DNA of 64,000 bases from a virus. Taxonomy: Duplodnaviria > Caudoviricetes. Both the position numbers and the translations under genes were made by a program. Positions 56,164-64,000 of the stretch are shown here, piece after piece. Each line of letters starts with the position of its first letter. Positions within the stretch are counted from its first letter, which is position 1. The notes below the pieces were generated by a model. That model worked only from the letters and a program-made list of their open reading frames with translations. It did not search any database and was not told where the DNA came from. The stretch is taken from positions 45,429 to 109,428 of IMG/VR virus record IMGVR_UViG_3300019378_000009; one strand, 5' to 3'.

Positions 56164-56498
56164 ATGAAAGATACTACAAGATAGGCTACGGCTGTGGCTG
56201 TGGCAATAATGAAGATTATATAACCGCGGTTGACTTAAAAGCCGCAGAAGACTACGCATATCAGGAAGCGATAGAGGAATATGAGATGTTTGAGGGACTC
56301 CACGGTATTCGTGGCGTAGAAGACATCGCAGTGGATGACTACGATCTCGATGAGGGTGATATTCCCGATGAGATGTATGACCAGATATATCAGGACTACC
56401 TCGACGAGCGTGAGGGTCAGTTGGATTACTGGGCAGAGGAAATCACCGAAAAGGAATACCTCATTGGTATTGGCGAATTGGAGGACGACGATGAGTAA
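56160..56498 (+). CDS. Highly acidic protein
   Basis: GGAGG RBS, ATGA overlap, Asp/Glu/Tyr-rich. Confidence 0.75.
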   Translation: MNERYYKIGYGCGCGNNEDYITAVDLKAAEDYAYQEAIEEYEMFEGLHGIRGVEDIAVDDYDLDEGDIPDEMYDQIYQDYLDEREGQLDYWAEEITEKEYLIGIGELEDDDE

Positions 56499-56685
56499 GA
56501 AAATAGTTCGACATATTCCCACCCAGTGTTGTTACTACACAGAAGAGGATGGCAAAACAGTTATTATTTGCGATGCCCATCTCACTCCCGAAATAGATGG
56601 AAAGATATTCTGGGAATATGTTGATGAATTTGTAAAAAAAGAAATTAAGCCAAGTGATCCGTACGCTGCAGCAAGGAGTAAATGA
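56491..56685 (+). CDS. Small hypothetical protein
   Basis: GGAGG RBS; overlaps the previous stop. Confidence 0.65.
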   Translation: MSKKIVRHIPTQCCYYTEEDGKTVIICDAHLTPEIDGKIFWEYVDEFVKKEIKPSDPYAAARSK

Positions 56686-56686
56686 T

Positions 56687-56962
56687 ATGAACGAAAAGAA
56701 ACAGTATTTGATAGACGAAGACACACTAAAAGACCTGCTTACCGCGGCACACTACTATGCCATCCTTGAACGAGATGGCGTGGATAACTGGGAATGGTAT
56801 ATGGAAGGCAGAAAAGATTATGTTCTTGAAGGAATAAGAGAAATGCCTTGGCACCAGGGTAAGTCTTGGGAGGATCTGGAACGATATATTGAAGAAGAGG
56901 GTTATATGATATCGGACCTTGTGAATGACGAGATAGAGGCATTCTGGGAGGCGGTTGAATGA
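56687..56962 (+). CDS. Hypothetical phage protein
   Basis: LERDGVDNWEWY motif common in phage small proteins. Confidence 0.75.
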   Translation: MNEKKQYLIDEDTLKDLLTAAHYYAILERDGVDNWEWYMEGRKDYVLEGIREMPWHQGKSWEDLERYIEEEGYMISDLVNDEIEAFWEAVE

Positions 56963-57393
56963 AACGAAGAGAATTTGGCGAACCGATAAAGATGTACCTC
57001 GTGGAAGAGGATAGACTTCATCAGTTGTTGATGATGGAACACGAACTTCAATGTGGACAGAGAGATAAGTTCGAGTATTTCTGGGATATGATGGAAGACT
57101 CCGGTTGTGAACACCACGTATCGCATAGAGAGTTTGTCAAGGCTGTGGAGAATATGACTTTTGACAAGTTGGCAGAGATGGACTTAGCATTGTATACCGA
57201 ACATGTGCCTTCTGATGAAGTGGTATATGCAAGTTGGACTGGAATAAATGGCGACCAATGTTCTCACTGCGGTAGAAGCCTTCGTGACCTGATGGATGGC
57301 GATAGTTATTATTCGTCGGAGTTTGAAAATGCGGGGTTTGACCAGTTGAAAGCGTGCCCATTTTGTGGTGCGAGAATAAAGAAGGACACCTAA
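56959..57393 (+). CDS. Protein with C-terminal Zn ribbon
   Basis: CSHC...CPFCGA. Confidence 0.7.
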   Translation: MKRREFGEPIKMYLVEEDRLHQLLMMEHELQCGQRDKFEYFWDMMEDSGCEHHVSHREFVKAVENMTFDKLAEMDLALYTEHVPSDEVVYASWTGINGDQCSHCGRSLRDLMDGDSYYSSEFENAGFDQLKACPFCGARIKKDT

Positions 57394-57478
57394 TCGTGTC
57401 CTTTTTTCGCATAAATTTGCATTTTTACAAAAATTATGATATAATATAAATGTAAGAAAAGGAAAGGAAAATAAATTT

Positions 57479-57670
57479 ATGACGAAAGAGAAAGCAGTTG
57501 CTGCGGCAAAAGCATACAACGACATTGAAGACTTCCATATGTTTATGGATGACATTCAGATTGCTTACGAAAGAAACGAAGGCGACATTCGCGAGTTTTA
57601 CAAAACACAGTTGGAGCCCTTACTTGAAGCAGAACTTAAACGCCGTGAGGCTGTGCTTGAAAGTTTATAA
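57479..57670 (+). CDS. Small hypothetical protein
   Basis: Promoter and RBS. Confidence 0.7.
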   Translation: MTKEKAVAAAKAYNDIEDFHMFMDDIQIAYERNEGDIREFYKTQLEPLLEAELKRREAVLESL

Positions 57671-57694
57671 TAAAAAGGAAAGGAAAATAAATTT

Positions 57695-57916
57695 ATGACA
57701 AGAGAATTTCACATTGAGTATAGCGAGCTTAAACATGGCGATGAATATGAGGCGGAGTTTATGGAGCGCCATACTCCAGGACCGAGTTGTGCAGTAAGAG
57801 AATATATTCCGGAAGACGAGTGTTACGACGAAGAGTGGGAATTACTTCTTTATGAAGATCTAAGAACTCTCGGTATGCTACCTGGCGAACCCGTCTGGAT
57901 TGAAATTGATTATTGA
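57695..57916 (+). CDS. Small acidic protein
   Basis: RBS region AAAAGGAAAGGAAAATAAATTTATGAC identical to that of the previous gene. Confidence 0.7.
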   Translation: MTREFHIEYSELKHGDEYEAEFMERHTPGPSCAVREYIPEDECYDEEWELLLYEDLRTLGMLPGEPVWIEIDY

Positions 57917-57930
57917 GAAAGGAAAGAAAA

Positions 57931-58068
57931 ATGAGTAGACCGATTTGCCCGTCTTTTGACGATACTTGCCCATATTGTAAGAGAGGCTTCTGCTATATGC
58001 AGGAAATAACCGGAGATAGCCCGCTTGACCAGTGTGATGAGTGGATTGATGATGAGGAGGAAGAGTAA
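57931..58068 (+). CDS. Small Cys-rich acidic peptide (45 aa, not in ORF track)
   Basis: AAAGGA RBS; MSRPICPSFDDTCPYCKRGFC...DDEEEE. Confidence 0.6.
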   Translation: MSRPICPSFDDTCPYCKRGFCYMQEITGDSPLDQCDEWIDDEEEE

Positions 58069-58260
58069 ATGGATAAACCCACCACCAACATCAATGTAAA
58101 TTACGACGAGGCCCTGTTTCTCTCTACCGCGGTCACGCATACGCTTCGTAATCTTCGTAAAACCCATTCGCCCGAAATGATACGAAAGATGTTCCCAAAC
58201 GCCGATTTTGAATACCTTATCGGGCAGGTTCAAATCGCTTGCGAACTGTTGGAGGAGTAA
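58069..58260 (+). CDS. Small hypothetical protein
   Basis: GGAGG RBS; abuts the previous stop. Confidence 0.65.
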   Translation: MDKPTTNINVNYDEALFLSTAVTHTLRNLRKTHSPEMIRKMFPNADFEYLIGQVQIACELLEE

Positions 58261-58261
58261 T

Positions 58262-58516
58262 ATGGTTTACTATCACGGAGAAATAAACACCCCTGTCGAG
58301 CGTCATATCGACATATACATCGCGGATACCGACTACAACTACGCCGAATGGAAGGTGTGGGATGAGGCAAGAGCATATGGTGCTCGCTTCATTGAAGATG
58401 TCGATATTGATTATGACGAACGAGACTTCGTTGATGAATGCGAGGGCTGGATTATCAGCCAGATTACCGAGCAGGAGTACGACGAGGCTATGAGAGACGG
58501 GGAGTGGTGTGTGTAA
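58262..58516 (+). CDS. Small acidic protein
   Basis: GGAGG RBS; C-terminal ITEQEY resembles ITEKEY of 56160-56498. Confidence 0.7.
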   Translation: MVYYHGEINTPVERHIDIYIADTDYNYAEWKVWDEARAYGARFIEDVDIDYDERDFVDECEGWIISQITEQEYDEAMRDGEWCV

Positions 58517-58809
58517 TGGGTGTTTTGGAACAAGCATCAATGATTTCAGAGGCAGTATGTCGTGAGCTACCCGATGACAACTGTGAATTGTATCACTTTT
58601 GTGTGGGATGTCCTGCAAAGATAGTGGGCGAACCTCTTGCAAAAGCAGGTTTTCGTCATCACTCAGATAGCGCAAAAGAGATATTTCGTGACATAGAACT
58701 CCTTATTTCTGCTAAATACGAAGGTTATGCAACTTGGAGTGAGTTCTGGGAACAGTTTGAAAAACTGCGTGAATTACACGAAGGAAAGAAGAAGGAATAT
58801 TACATATGA
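58516..58809 (+). CDS. Hypothetical protein
   Basis: TAATG coupling. Confidence 0.65.
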   Translation: MGVLEQASMISEAVCRELPDDNCELYHFCVGCPAKIVGEPLAKAGFRHHSDSAKEIFRDIELLISAKYEGYATWSEFWEQFEKLRELHEGKKKEYYI

Positions 58810-59069
58810 GAGTAAGAGTTGAGATATATCAGGTATGGGATCAGGATATGGAAGGCAGAGACCGCCACGCCTATCACTTTACCGATGTGGTGGATGCCTG
58901 TGCTTTTGCCGTTGCCAATGAGGGCAGAATTGCCTATCGCTTACCTTCTGTTATCAAGGTTGTTACTGGCTATGACACCAAAGATCTTGGGCATATGAGT
59001 GTAGGCGAGTGTTATTATGAACTCTCAGATGGAGAAATCAGAAGTTATGCGAAGGAGTTGAAACAATGA
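58806..59069 (+). CDS. Hypothetical protein
   Basis: ATGA overlap, RBS. Confidence 0.7.
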   Translation: MRVRVEIYQVWDQDMEGRDRHAYHFTDVVDACAFAVANEGRIAYRLPSVIKVVTGYDTKDLGHMSVGECYYELSDGEIRSYAKELKQ

Positions 59070-59278
59070 GTAAGCCTAATATGTACTGCGGTGAATGCCC
59101 GTATTGGCTCGCATTTGGTGAGCCGGAGACCACTGACGAACAGAACGAAGCGATACTCGCCCATTGTAAAGAGTGCAATTTTGATCCTGACGAAGCAGAA
59201 AGAATAGATAGAATGATGCGCGCCGCGAGACAACAGATAGTGTTGCGTAAAGCAATACACGATGAGGGTAACCGATGA
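59066..59278 (+). CDS. Small Zn-binding protein
   Basis: CGEC...CKEC. Confidence 0.65.
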   Translation: MSKPNMYCGECPYWLAFGEPETTDEQNEAILAHCKECNFDPDEAERIDRMMRAARQQIVLRKAIHDEGNR

Positions 59279-59562
59279 TGACAGACGAGGAATTCACTAA
59301 AGCATACAAGGATTATATGGATGAATACCGCGCTGACGATGATGATATAAGCGATGAAGAGTACGAGACTGCCGCACAGGAAGCACACGATAATCTTGTA
59401 CGAGACCTGATAGATGCTGGTTTCAAAATATGTGAGGCGAGAGAATTGCTTACTCGCTCATTAGAGATACTTTATATTCTGGGATATGATAGCAGTTTCA
59501 CCAATCCTACAATAAGTACGCTAACAATCGAAATAAAGAAGTTTTTGGAGGATACACAGTAA
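59275..59562 (+). CDS. Acidic hypothetical protein
   Basis: ATGA overlap. Confidence 0.7.
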   Translation: MMTDEEFTKAYKDYMDEYRADDDDISDEEYETAAQEAHDNLVRDLIDAGFKICEARELLTRSLEILYILGYDSSFTNPTISTLTIEIKKFLEDTQ

Positions 59563-59966
59563 TGGGACTTGATAATGGGATTTGTATAAAACGCAGGGAC
59601 AATCTACCCAACTGCGTACTCTGCTTTGATAATGATGAATGGCGTAAGAACAGCGGCTATGACTTGGAAGTCGCATACTGGCGGAAGTGTTGGAATGTCC
59701 GCCACATCGTCTTCGATGTGCTCCGTCGCGGCGATGATAATGACAGTGTTATTGATATAACAAGAGAAGAACTCGTAAAAATAATCCATCGCTTTGAAGA
59801 TGACCTCCACTATTTTGACTTCTTGGAAGAAGAATGGGGTAGTTGTATTTGGACTTGGAATGAGTTCCGCCGCTTCCAGAAACGGAACTTGAAGAACTTG
59901 AAAAAGTTGGTTCATATGATGAAGAAACATCCCGAAATTGAGGTAATATTCTACGACAGCTACTGA
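59562..59966 (+). CDS. Hypothetical phage protein
   Basis: MGLD...EVAYWRK.W...FYDSY motif family; terminator follows. Confidence 0.8.
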   Translation: MGLDNGICIKRRDNLPNCVLCFDNDEWRKNSGYDLEVAYWRKCWNVRHIVFDVLRRGDDNDSVIDITREELVKIIHRFEDDLHYFDFLEEEWGSCIWTWNEFRRFQKRNLKNLKKLVHMMKKHPEIEVIFYDSY

Positions 59967-60064
59967 TAAAAACAGGACGGTTTATGCCGTCCTTTTTGTT
60001 TTAAAAATTTGATTTTTTGAAAAAATTGTGATATAATATATATGTAAGAAAGAGAAAGGAAGAA

Positions 60065-60391
60065 ATGTTTATGCCTATCAAGTTATGGATTGACGATGTA
60101 AGACCAACTCCCGAGGGATATACGGGATTTATGACAACCAATGCCGCACTTCGCTTCATTCACCAGAATTACAACATTATTGACGAGATTTCGCTTGACC
60201 ACGATGCTGGTGATTGTGCGAAAGAGGGTGGCGACTACATTAATATTTTGAGAGAGATGCAGAGACTTTCTCGCAGACACGGCTTTGATTTCTCGCACAT
60301 CAAGTTTCGACTTCACTCTGCTAATCCTGTTGGCGTGCAGAATATGCGGTATATACTTGAGGATAACGGATGGAAGGAGATAAAGCAATGA
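60065..60391 (+). CDS. Cyclic-phosphate-processing receiver-domain-like protein
   Basis: LWIDDVRPTP, ISLDHDAG and HSANPVG motifs. Confidence 0.75.
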   Translation: MFMPIKLWIDDVRPTPEGYTGFMTTNAALRFIHQNYNIIDEISLDHDAGDCAKEGGDYINILREMQRLSRRHGFDFSHIKFRLHSANPVGVQNMRYILEDNGWKEIKQ

Positions 60392-60630
60392 CAAATGTGC
60401 CAATTACTCCTAAAATGAATATTGATTTCATTATTTATAATTTAATTCAAGCAAAAAGTGAAGGTTTTACTATTCCAGAATTGCTTGAAGAGGTAAAAGT
60501 ATATGATAATAGTATTACTGAACCACTACTTCAACGCAAAATTGACGACTTAATTATTAAACAGAATATTGTTCGTCAAAAATTTGATAAATATTATACA
60601 GAGAGAAATAGTTGGAAGGAGACAAAGTAA
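60388..60630 (+). CDS. Small winged-helix-like protein
   Basis: FTIPELL...LQRKIDDLI...IV....KYY; ATGA overlap. Confidence 0.5.
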   Translation: MTNVPITPKMNIDFIIYNLIQAKSEGFTIPELLEEVKVYDNSITEPLLQRKIDDLIIKQNIVRQKFDKYYTERNSWKETK

Positions 60631-60631
60631 A

Positions 60632-60907
60632 ATGAAAGTAATACAAATCGACGAAGAAAACCACGGACACATCGGTGCTGCTGTGTCTATGAAGGCGGCA
60701 TTTCAGTATCTTGTAAGAGCAAAGTGGCTTACATTTGATACAGAGATATGGCTGTTTGATAGTTGGGTAACTATCGGTGAGATTTTTGACGATAACGGTT
60801 GGAATAAGACGAACGAAAATCTTGTTGAATGGGCAATGAATCGTGATGAGGAAGTGTGGGACGGTATGTTCTACCTTTCCGCAGATGAACTTATTGAAGA
60901 AGATTGA
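60632..60907 (+). CDS. Hypothetical protein
   Basis: AAGGAG RBS. Confidence 0.7.
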   Translation: MKVIQIDEENHGHIGAAVSMKAAFQYLVRAKWLTFDTEIWLFDSWVTIGEIFDDNGWNKTNENLVEWAMNRDEEVWDGMFYLSADELIEED

Positions 60908-60971
60908 CGCACACTGCCGTGATCCGAAATTTCGAGCCGCCAAGTGTATATATAAGAAAGGAAAGAAGTAA

Positions 60972-61136
60972 ATGAAACAGATTATATATCAAACAATATA
61001 CGCAATTATACAGCTAGGAGTCACTCTCTCACTTGCATTTAGTGGTATCGGCTATGAACATTGGCAGTGGTGGATGGTATTGCTTGGAATAGTTTTTGCC
61101 TACTTTATTGGTCTGGCACAGGGAGGGCTTGACTAA
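60972..61136 (+). CDS. Small two-helix membrane protein (54 aa, not in ORF track)
   Basis: AAAGGA RBS; hydrophobic; TAATG coupling to the next gene. Confidence 0.6.
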   Translation: MKQIIYQTIYAIIQLGVTLSLAFSGIGYEHWQWWMVLLGIVFAYFIGLAQGGLD

Positions 61137-61546
61137 TGAGGCTTTGGCATCAGAAACTAATACCTTATCTTGACCGACAAAGGCTACTTGGTCAGCATCG
61201 TGAATGTTGTGCTCTTCGCGGTAAGGGTTGGGGCAAGAAACATGCAACAGTTGATTATGTCTTCACACACGATTTCTCATATTTGGTTGCTTATCACTAT
61301 TTGGTAATGGACGAAATGACGAGGCGTGGCTATAACCACGACAACAATTGGGAAGATATTGACTATCGTGGTCTATCTTTGCCATATGAGAGAGGACACA
61401 CCTCCATAACTTTATTCAAATTGGAACGAGATGCCTCACAAAAAGGACATATCATCTATCCAGAACACAACAACGATTACCTTCACGAGTGTGTCAACTT
61501 ACTAAAAGAAAAAGGAGCTCCAATAGACTATGATAAAATTTACTAA
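61136..61546 (+). CDS. Pyrimidine-dimer DNA glycosylase-like protein (TIGR02328-type)
   Basis: MRLWH..LIP.L.RQ.LLGQHRECCALRG.GWGKKHATVDYVF and IYPEHN..YL.EC motifs. Confidence 0.8.
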   Translation: MRLWHQKLIPYLDRQRLLGQHRECCALRGKGWGKKHATVDYVFTHDFSYLVAYHYLVMDEMTRRGYNHDNNWEDIDYRGLSLPYERGHTSITLFKLERDASQKGHIIYPEHNNDYLHECVNLLKEKGAPIDYDKIY

Positions 61547-61922
61547 TCAAAAAGAATGCGGCGATGCTACTTCTTGGTATGATGTAATTATACCCCAAGA
61601 CTGGACAATGCGCGACTTTATTGCATATGTAGTACACAAATATGCAGTGGTATGTAAAGAATGGGGTACCATAAAATTAGCATCTTATCGTGGATGCGAG
61701 GGGCACATTGTAGAATACGATGGACGCAACGGAAAATGTGGTACCTGTTATTTGTATGCTGGAGAAGCGTTTATGAACGAAGACCAGCAAGATTTTTATC
61801 TTGAAAATAGTAGAAAATTATACAATCAATACATAGATTGTAAAGTGCGTTCTGTACGAGCAAACGGCGGCTGGGGCGTTATGGACTACATTTTAACTAT
61901 GGAGGTAGAAGAAAATGGGTGA
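61530..61922 (+). CDS. Hypothetical phage protein
   Basis: ANGGWGVMDY motif; RBS. Confidence 0.7.
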   Translation: MIKFTNQKECGDATSWYDVIIPQDWTMRDFIAYVVHKYAVVCKEWGTIKLASYRGCEGHIVEYDGRNGKCGTCYLYAGEAFMNEDQQDFYLENSRKLYNQYIDCKVRSVRANGGWGVMDYILTMEVEENG

Positions 61923-62466
61923 TATTTTAGCAATCAACACTGCAGAAGACTACGATCAGGGCACTCGCGCGTGTAAATTACCGAGTATGTCGGTATATAC
62001 TTTTGACTGGAAGTGGAACACTTGGCGCGGCTTCTGGCAAAACATAAAGCAGTGGTTTAATAACAGAAAAGCCGCAAAGCAACGAGCAAAACTTGGTTAC
62101 TGTTATGGTGATGTATGGGACTGCGGCAACAACATTTGCCAGAGAATGGCGCATATGTTAACTCACTACCGCAACAAGTGCAACTCGTGGCCGGACAGGA
62201 GCTTTCCTACTTTCAAGGAGTGGATTGAGTATATTGACGAGATAATTGACCTGTTGGAGTTTGCCGAGACTGATCCTGACGAGTTTAATGATTACACCGA
62301 AGCATTTGATAACGCATTACATAACACTCCCGTGGACAAAGAAGCATATGAGGAACTTCGTGATAAATATTATAACGAGTGTCGTGCAATATGTGAAAAA
62401 CAGACCGCCGCGAGACAGAAAGCACTTGCGATGTTCGCAACATACGCTGACGATATTTGGTGGTAA
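61915..62466 (+). CDS. Hypothetical phage protein
   Basis: QRA..GY...DVWD...DIWW pattern; terminator follows. Confidence 0.75.
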   Translation: MGDILAINTAEDYDQGTRACKLPSMSVYTFDWKWNTWRGFWQNIKQWFNNRKAAKQRAKLGYCYGDVWDCGNNICQRMAHMLTHYRNKCNSWPDRSFPTFKEWIEYIDEIIDLLEFAETDPDEFNDYTEAFDNALHNTPVDKEAYEELRDKYYNECRAICEKQTAARQKALAMFATYADDIWW

Positions 62467-62558
62467 AGAGGACGATATTGTCCTCTTTTTTTGCAAAAAT
62501 TTGATTTTTTTCATTTTTTATGCTATAATATTTATAGAAAAAGAAAAGGAGTAAAGTT

Positions 62559-62807
62559 ATGGAAAGAACTACGCCTTATTTTAACACCCCTGTGCAAGTA
62601 AAATTTTATGATGTAGATGGCAATCACTATGTTGGTGGTATTGGCTACCACGATAAAGTTATTTGCGGCTGTTGTGGCTGTGAATTTACAGTAGATGAAA
62701 TTATGGAGTTTGTACCAGAAAATACTGCAGGTATTGTTATTTTGCCTTGGGTAGACATTTCGCAAGAAATTATCGGTGATATTTACGGAGTAGAAGACGA
62801 TGAATAA
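62559..62807 (+). CDS. Hypothetical phage protein
   Basis: GGIGY...VICGCCG and WVDIS motifs; promoter and RBS. Confidence 0.75.
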   Translation: MERTTPYFNTPVQVKFYDVDGNHYVGGIGYHDKVICGCCGCEFTVDEIMEFVPENTAGIVILPWVDISQEIIGDIYGVEDDE

Positions 62808-63177
62808 ATATTTGGAATTGTGGTTAAAAATGCCCGCAAATGAATGGAAAACTGCTAAAGAATTGGGTGTTGCGCCTGCAACACTTACGGCTATGGTTCG
62901 TAGAAATTATGCAAAAGCATTAGACACTTCACCCAAAACTTATTGTCGCGAAATGTCATCTGCGGCGGTTCTTGCTTATTTGCTTGAAAAATACCAAACT
63001 TTGTTTACTGGCTTTGTAGATATATTTTGCCACAATCGTCAACTTGCAATGTTATGTACAGTAAAAGATGGCATAGCATATGATTGTTACGATAATAAGT
63101 TTGATATTTCTACTGCCTATAAAGTTAGAATAGGTAGAAAATATTTTTCTCTTGAAAATGGAAAGGAGATAGTATGA
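62800..63177 (+). CDS. HTH-containing protein
   Basis: TAKELGVAPATLTAMVRR. Confidence 0.55.
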   Translation: MNKYLELWLKMPANEWKTAKELGVAPATLTAMVRRNYAKALDTSPKTYCREMSSAAVLAYLLEKYQTLFTGFVDIFCHNRQLAMLCTVKDGIAYDCYDNKFDISTAYKVRIGRKYFSLENGKEIV

Positions 63178-63704
63178 ATAGATATTTTGTTATTGCGGAC
63201 TTGCACTTTGGTCACGCTGCTATTATTAAATATTGTTTGCGTCCGTGGAACACAGTAGAGGAAATGAACGCAGCGTTAATTAAAAATTGGAACAATACAG
63301 TGGGCAAAGATGACACTGTGTTTGTGTGCGGCGATATAGCATTAAAGAAGTCTATATGCAAGGATATTATTCCGCAGTTGAATGGTCGCAAAATACTGAT
63401 TATGGGCAATCACGATCAGGGTAGCACGCAGTTTTACCGCGATTGCGGCTTTGCAGAAGTTAGTAGGTTTCCTATTGTGGTAAAGGGATTTTATATTTTT
63501 AGCCATGCACCTTTGCAAATGATAAATACAGCTCCATTTTTTAATTACTACGGACATGTGCACAATGATCCAATGTATGTTGATACGGAAAACAGTAAGT
63601 GCATTAGTGCGGAAAGAATAAATTATACGCCGTTAGAAATATTTTTGCCGCAATATGACGAAGAACCAGAATATGATACAAGAAAAGGTAACTACAATGG
63701 ATAA
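63174..63704 (+). CDS. Calcineurin-like metallophosphoesterase
   Basis: DLHFGH, GD, GNHD, SHAP and GHVH motifs. Confidence 0.9.
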   Translation: MNRYFVIADLHFGHAAIIKYCLRPWNTVEEMNAALIKNWNNTVGKDDTVFVCGDIALKKSICKDIIPQLNGRKILIMGNHDQGSTQFYRDCGFAEVSRFPIVVKGFYIFSHAPLQMINTAPFFNYYGHVHNDPMYVDTENSKCISAERINYTPLEIFLPQYDEEPEYDTRKGNYNG

Positions 63705-63930
63705 AGGAAAACCGTTTATAAGAACCTTGCCTGGAGGTAGTCCATTACCCAATGAGATGGCTTGGGAAACATATACAGATATTCTTGGTTGCAGTTGTGG
63801 CGGAGTATATGTATTCACTTCAAAAATTTTATTATCTTATCCTGAAAAGTTTGAACACAAATGTACAAAATGCGGCAATATTGTATCTTTAAATTGTGCC
63901 TATCCGCATCAATATGTTAGACCAAAGTAA
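63697..63930 (+). CDS. Small Zn-ribbon protein
   Basis: CSCGG...HKCTKCG. Confidence 0.65.
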   Translation: MDKGKPFIRTLPGGSPLPNEMAWETYTDILGCSCGGVYVFTSKILLSYPEKFEHKCTKCGNIVSLNCAYPHQYVRPK

Positions 63931-64000
63931 AATATAACAAGCCAAGAATTTGATTTTTGGCTTATTTTATGCTATAATATTTATAGAAAGAATGAGAAAG

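Overview
The window is part of a large tailed dsDNA phage genome (siphovirus-like tail, low GC, sigma-A-type promoters, so probably a Firmicutes/Clostridia host). It has four parts. (1) 1-8.9 kb, + strand: a replication module with a primase C-terminus, RecJ, DnaE-type DNA polymerase III alpha, a DnaQ-like exonuclease and a RuvC-like resolvase. (2) 8.9-35.1 kb, - strand: a virion morphogenesis operon from small terminase through portal, protease/scaffold, capsid, head-tail joining, tail tube paralogues, tape measure and tail tip. (3) 35.2-49 kb, + strand: an early-type region of single-gene cassettes. Its first 10 kb is punctuated by 16 exact intergenic GCCCGGGC palindromes, usually preceded by a GC-rich hairpin and followed by one of a few operator types and a near-consensus promoter. 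It also holds short promoter-driven non-coding units, a structured RNA joined to an atypical tRNA-Ser, paralogous gene families and two circularly permuted nuclease-like genes. (4) 50-64 kb: a five-gene low-complexity/Cys-rich operon whose central gene is split by a group I intron carrying a GIY-YIG endonuclease, then tRNA-Leu and many small, often acidic, ORFs. The best candidates for an undescribed system are the GCCCGGGC cassette array with its operator panel and the intron-interrupted five-gene operon. All calls come from reading motifs by eye; no database searches were run.
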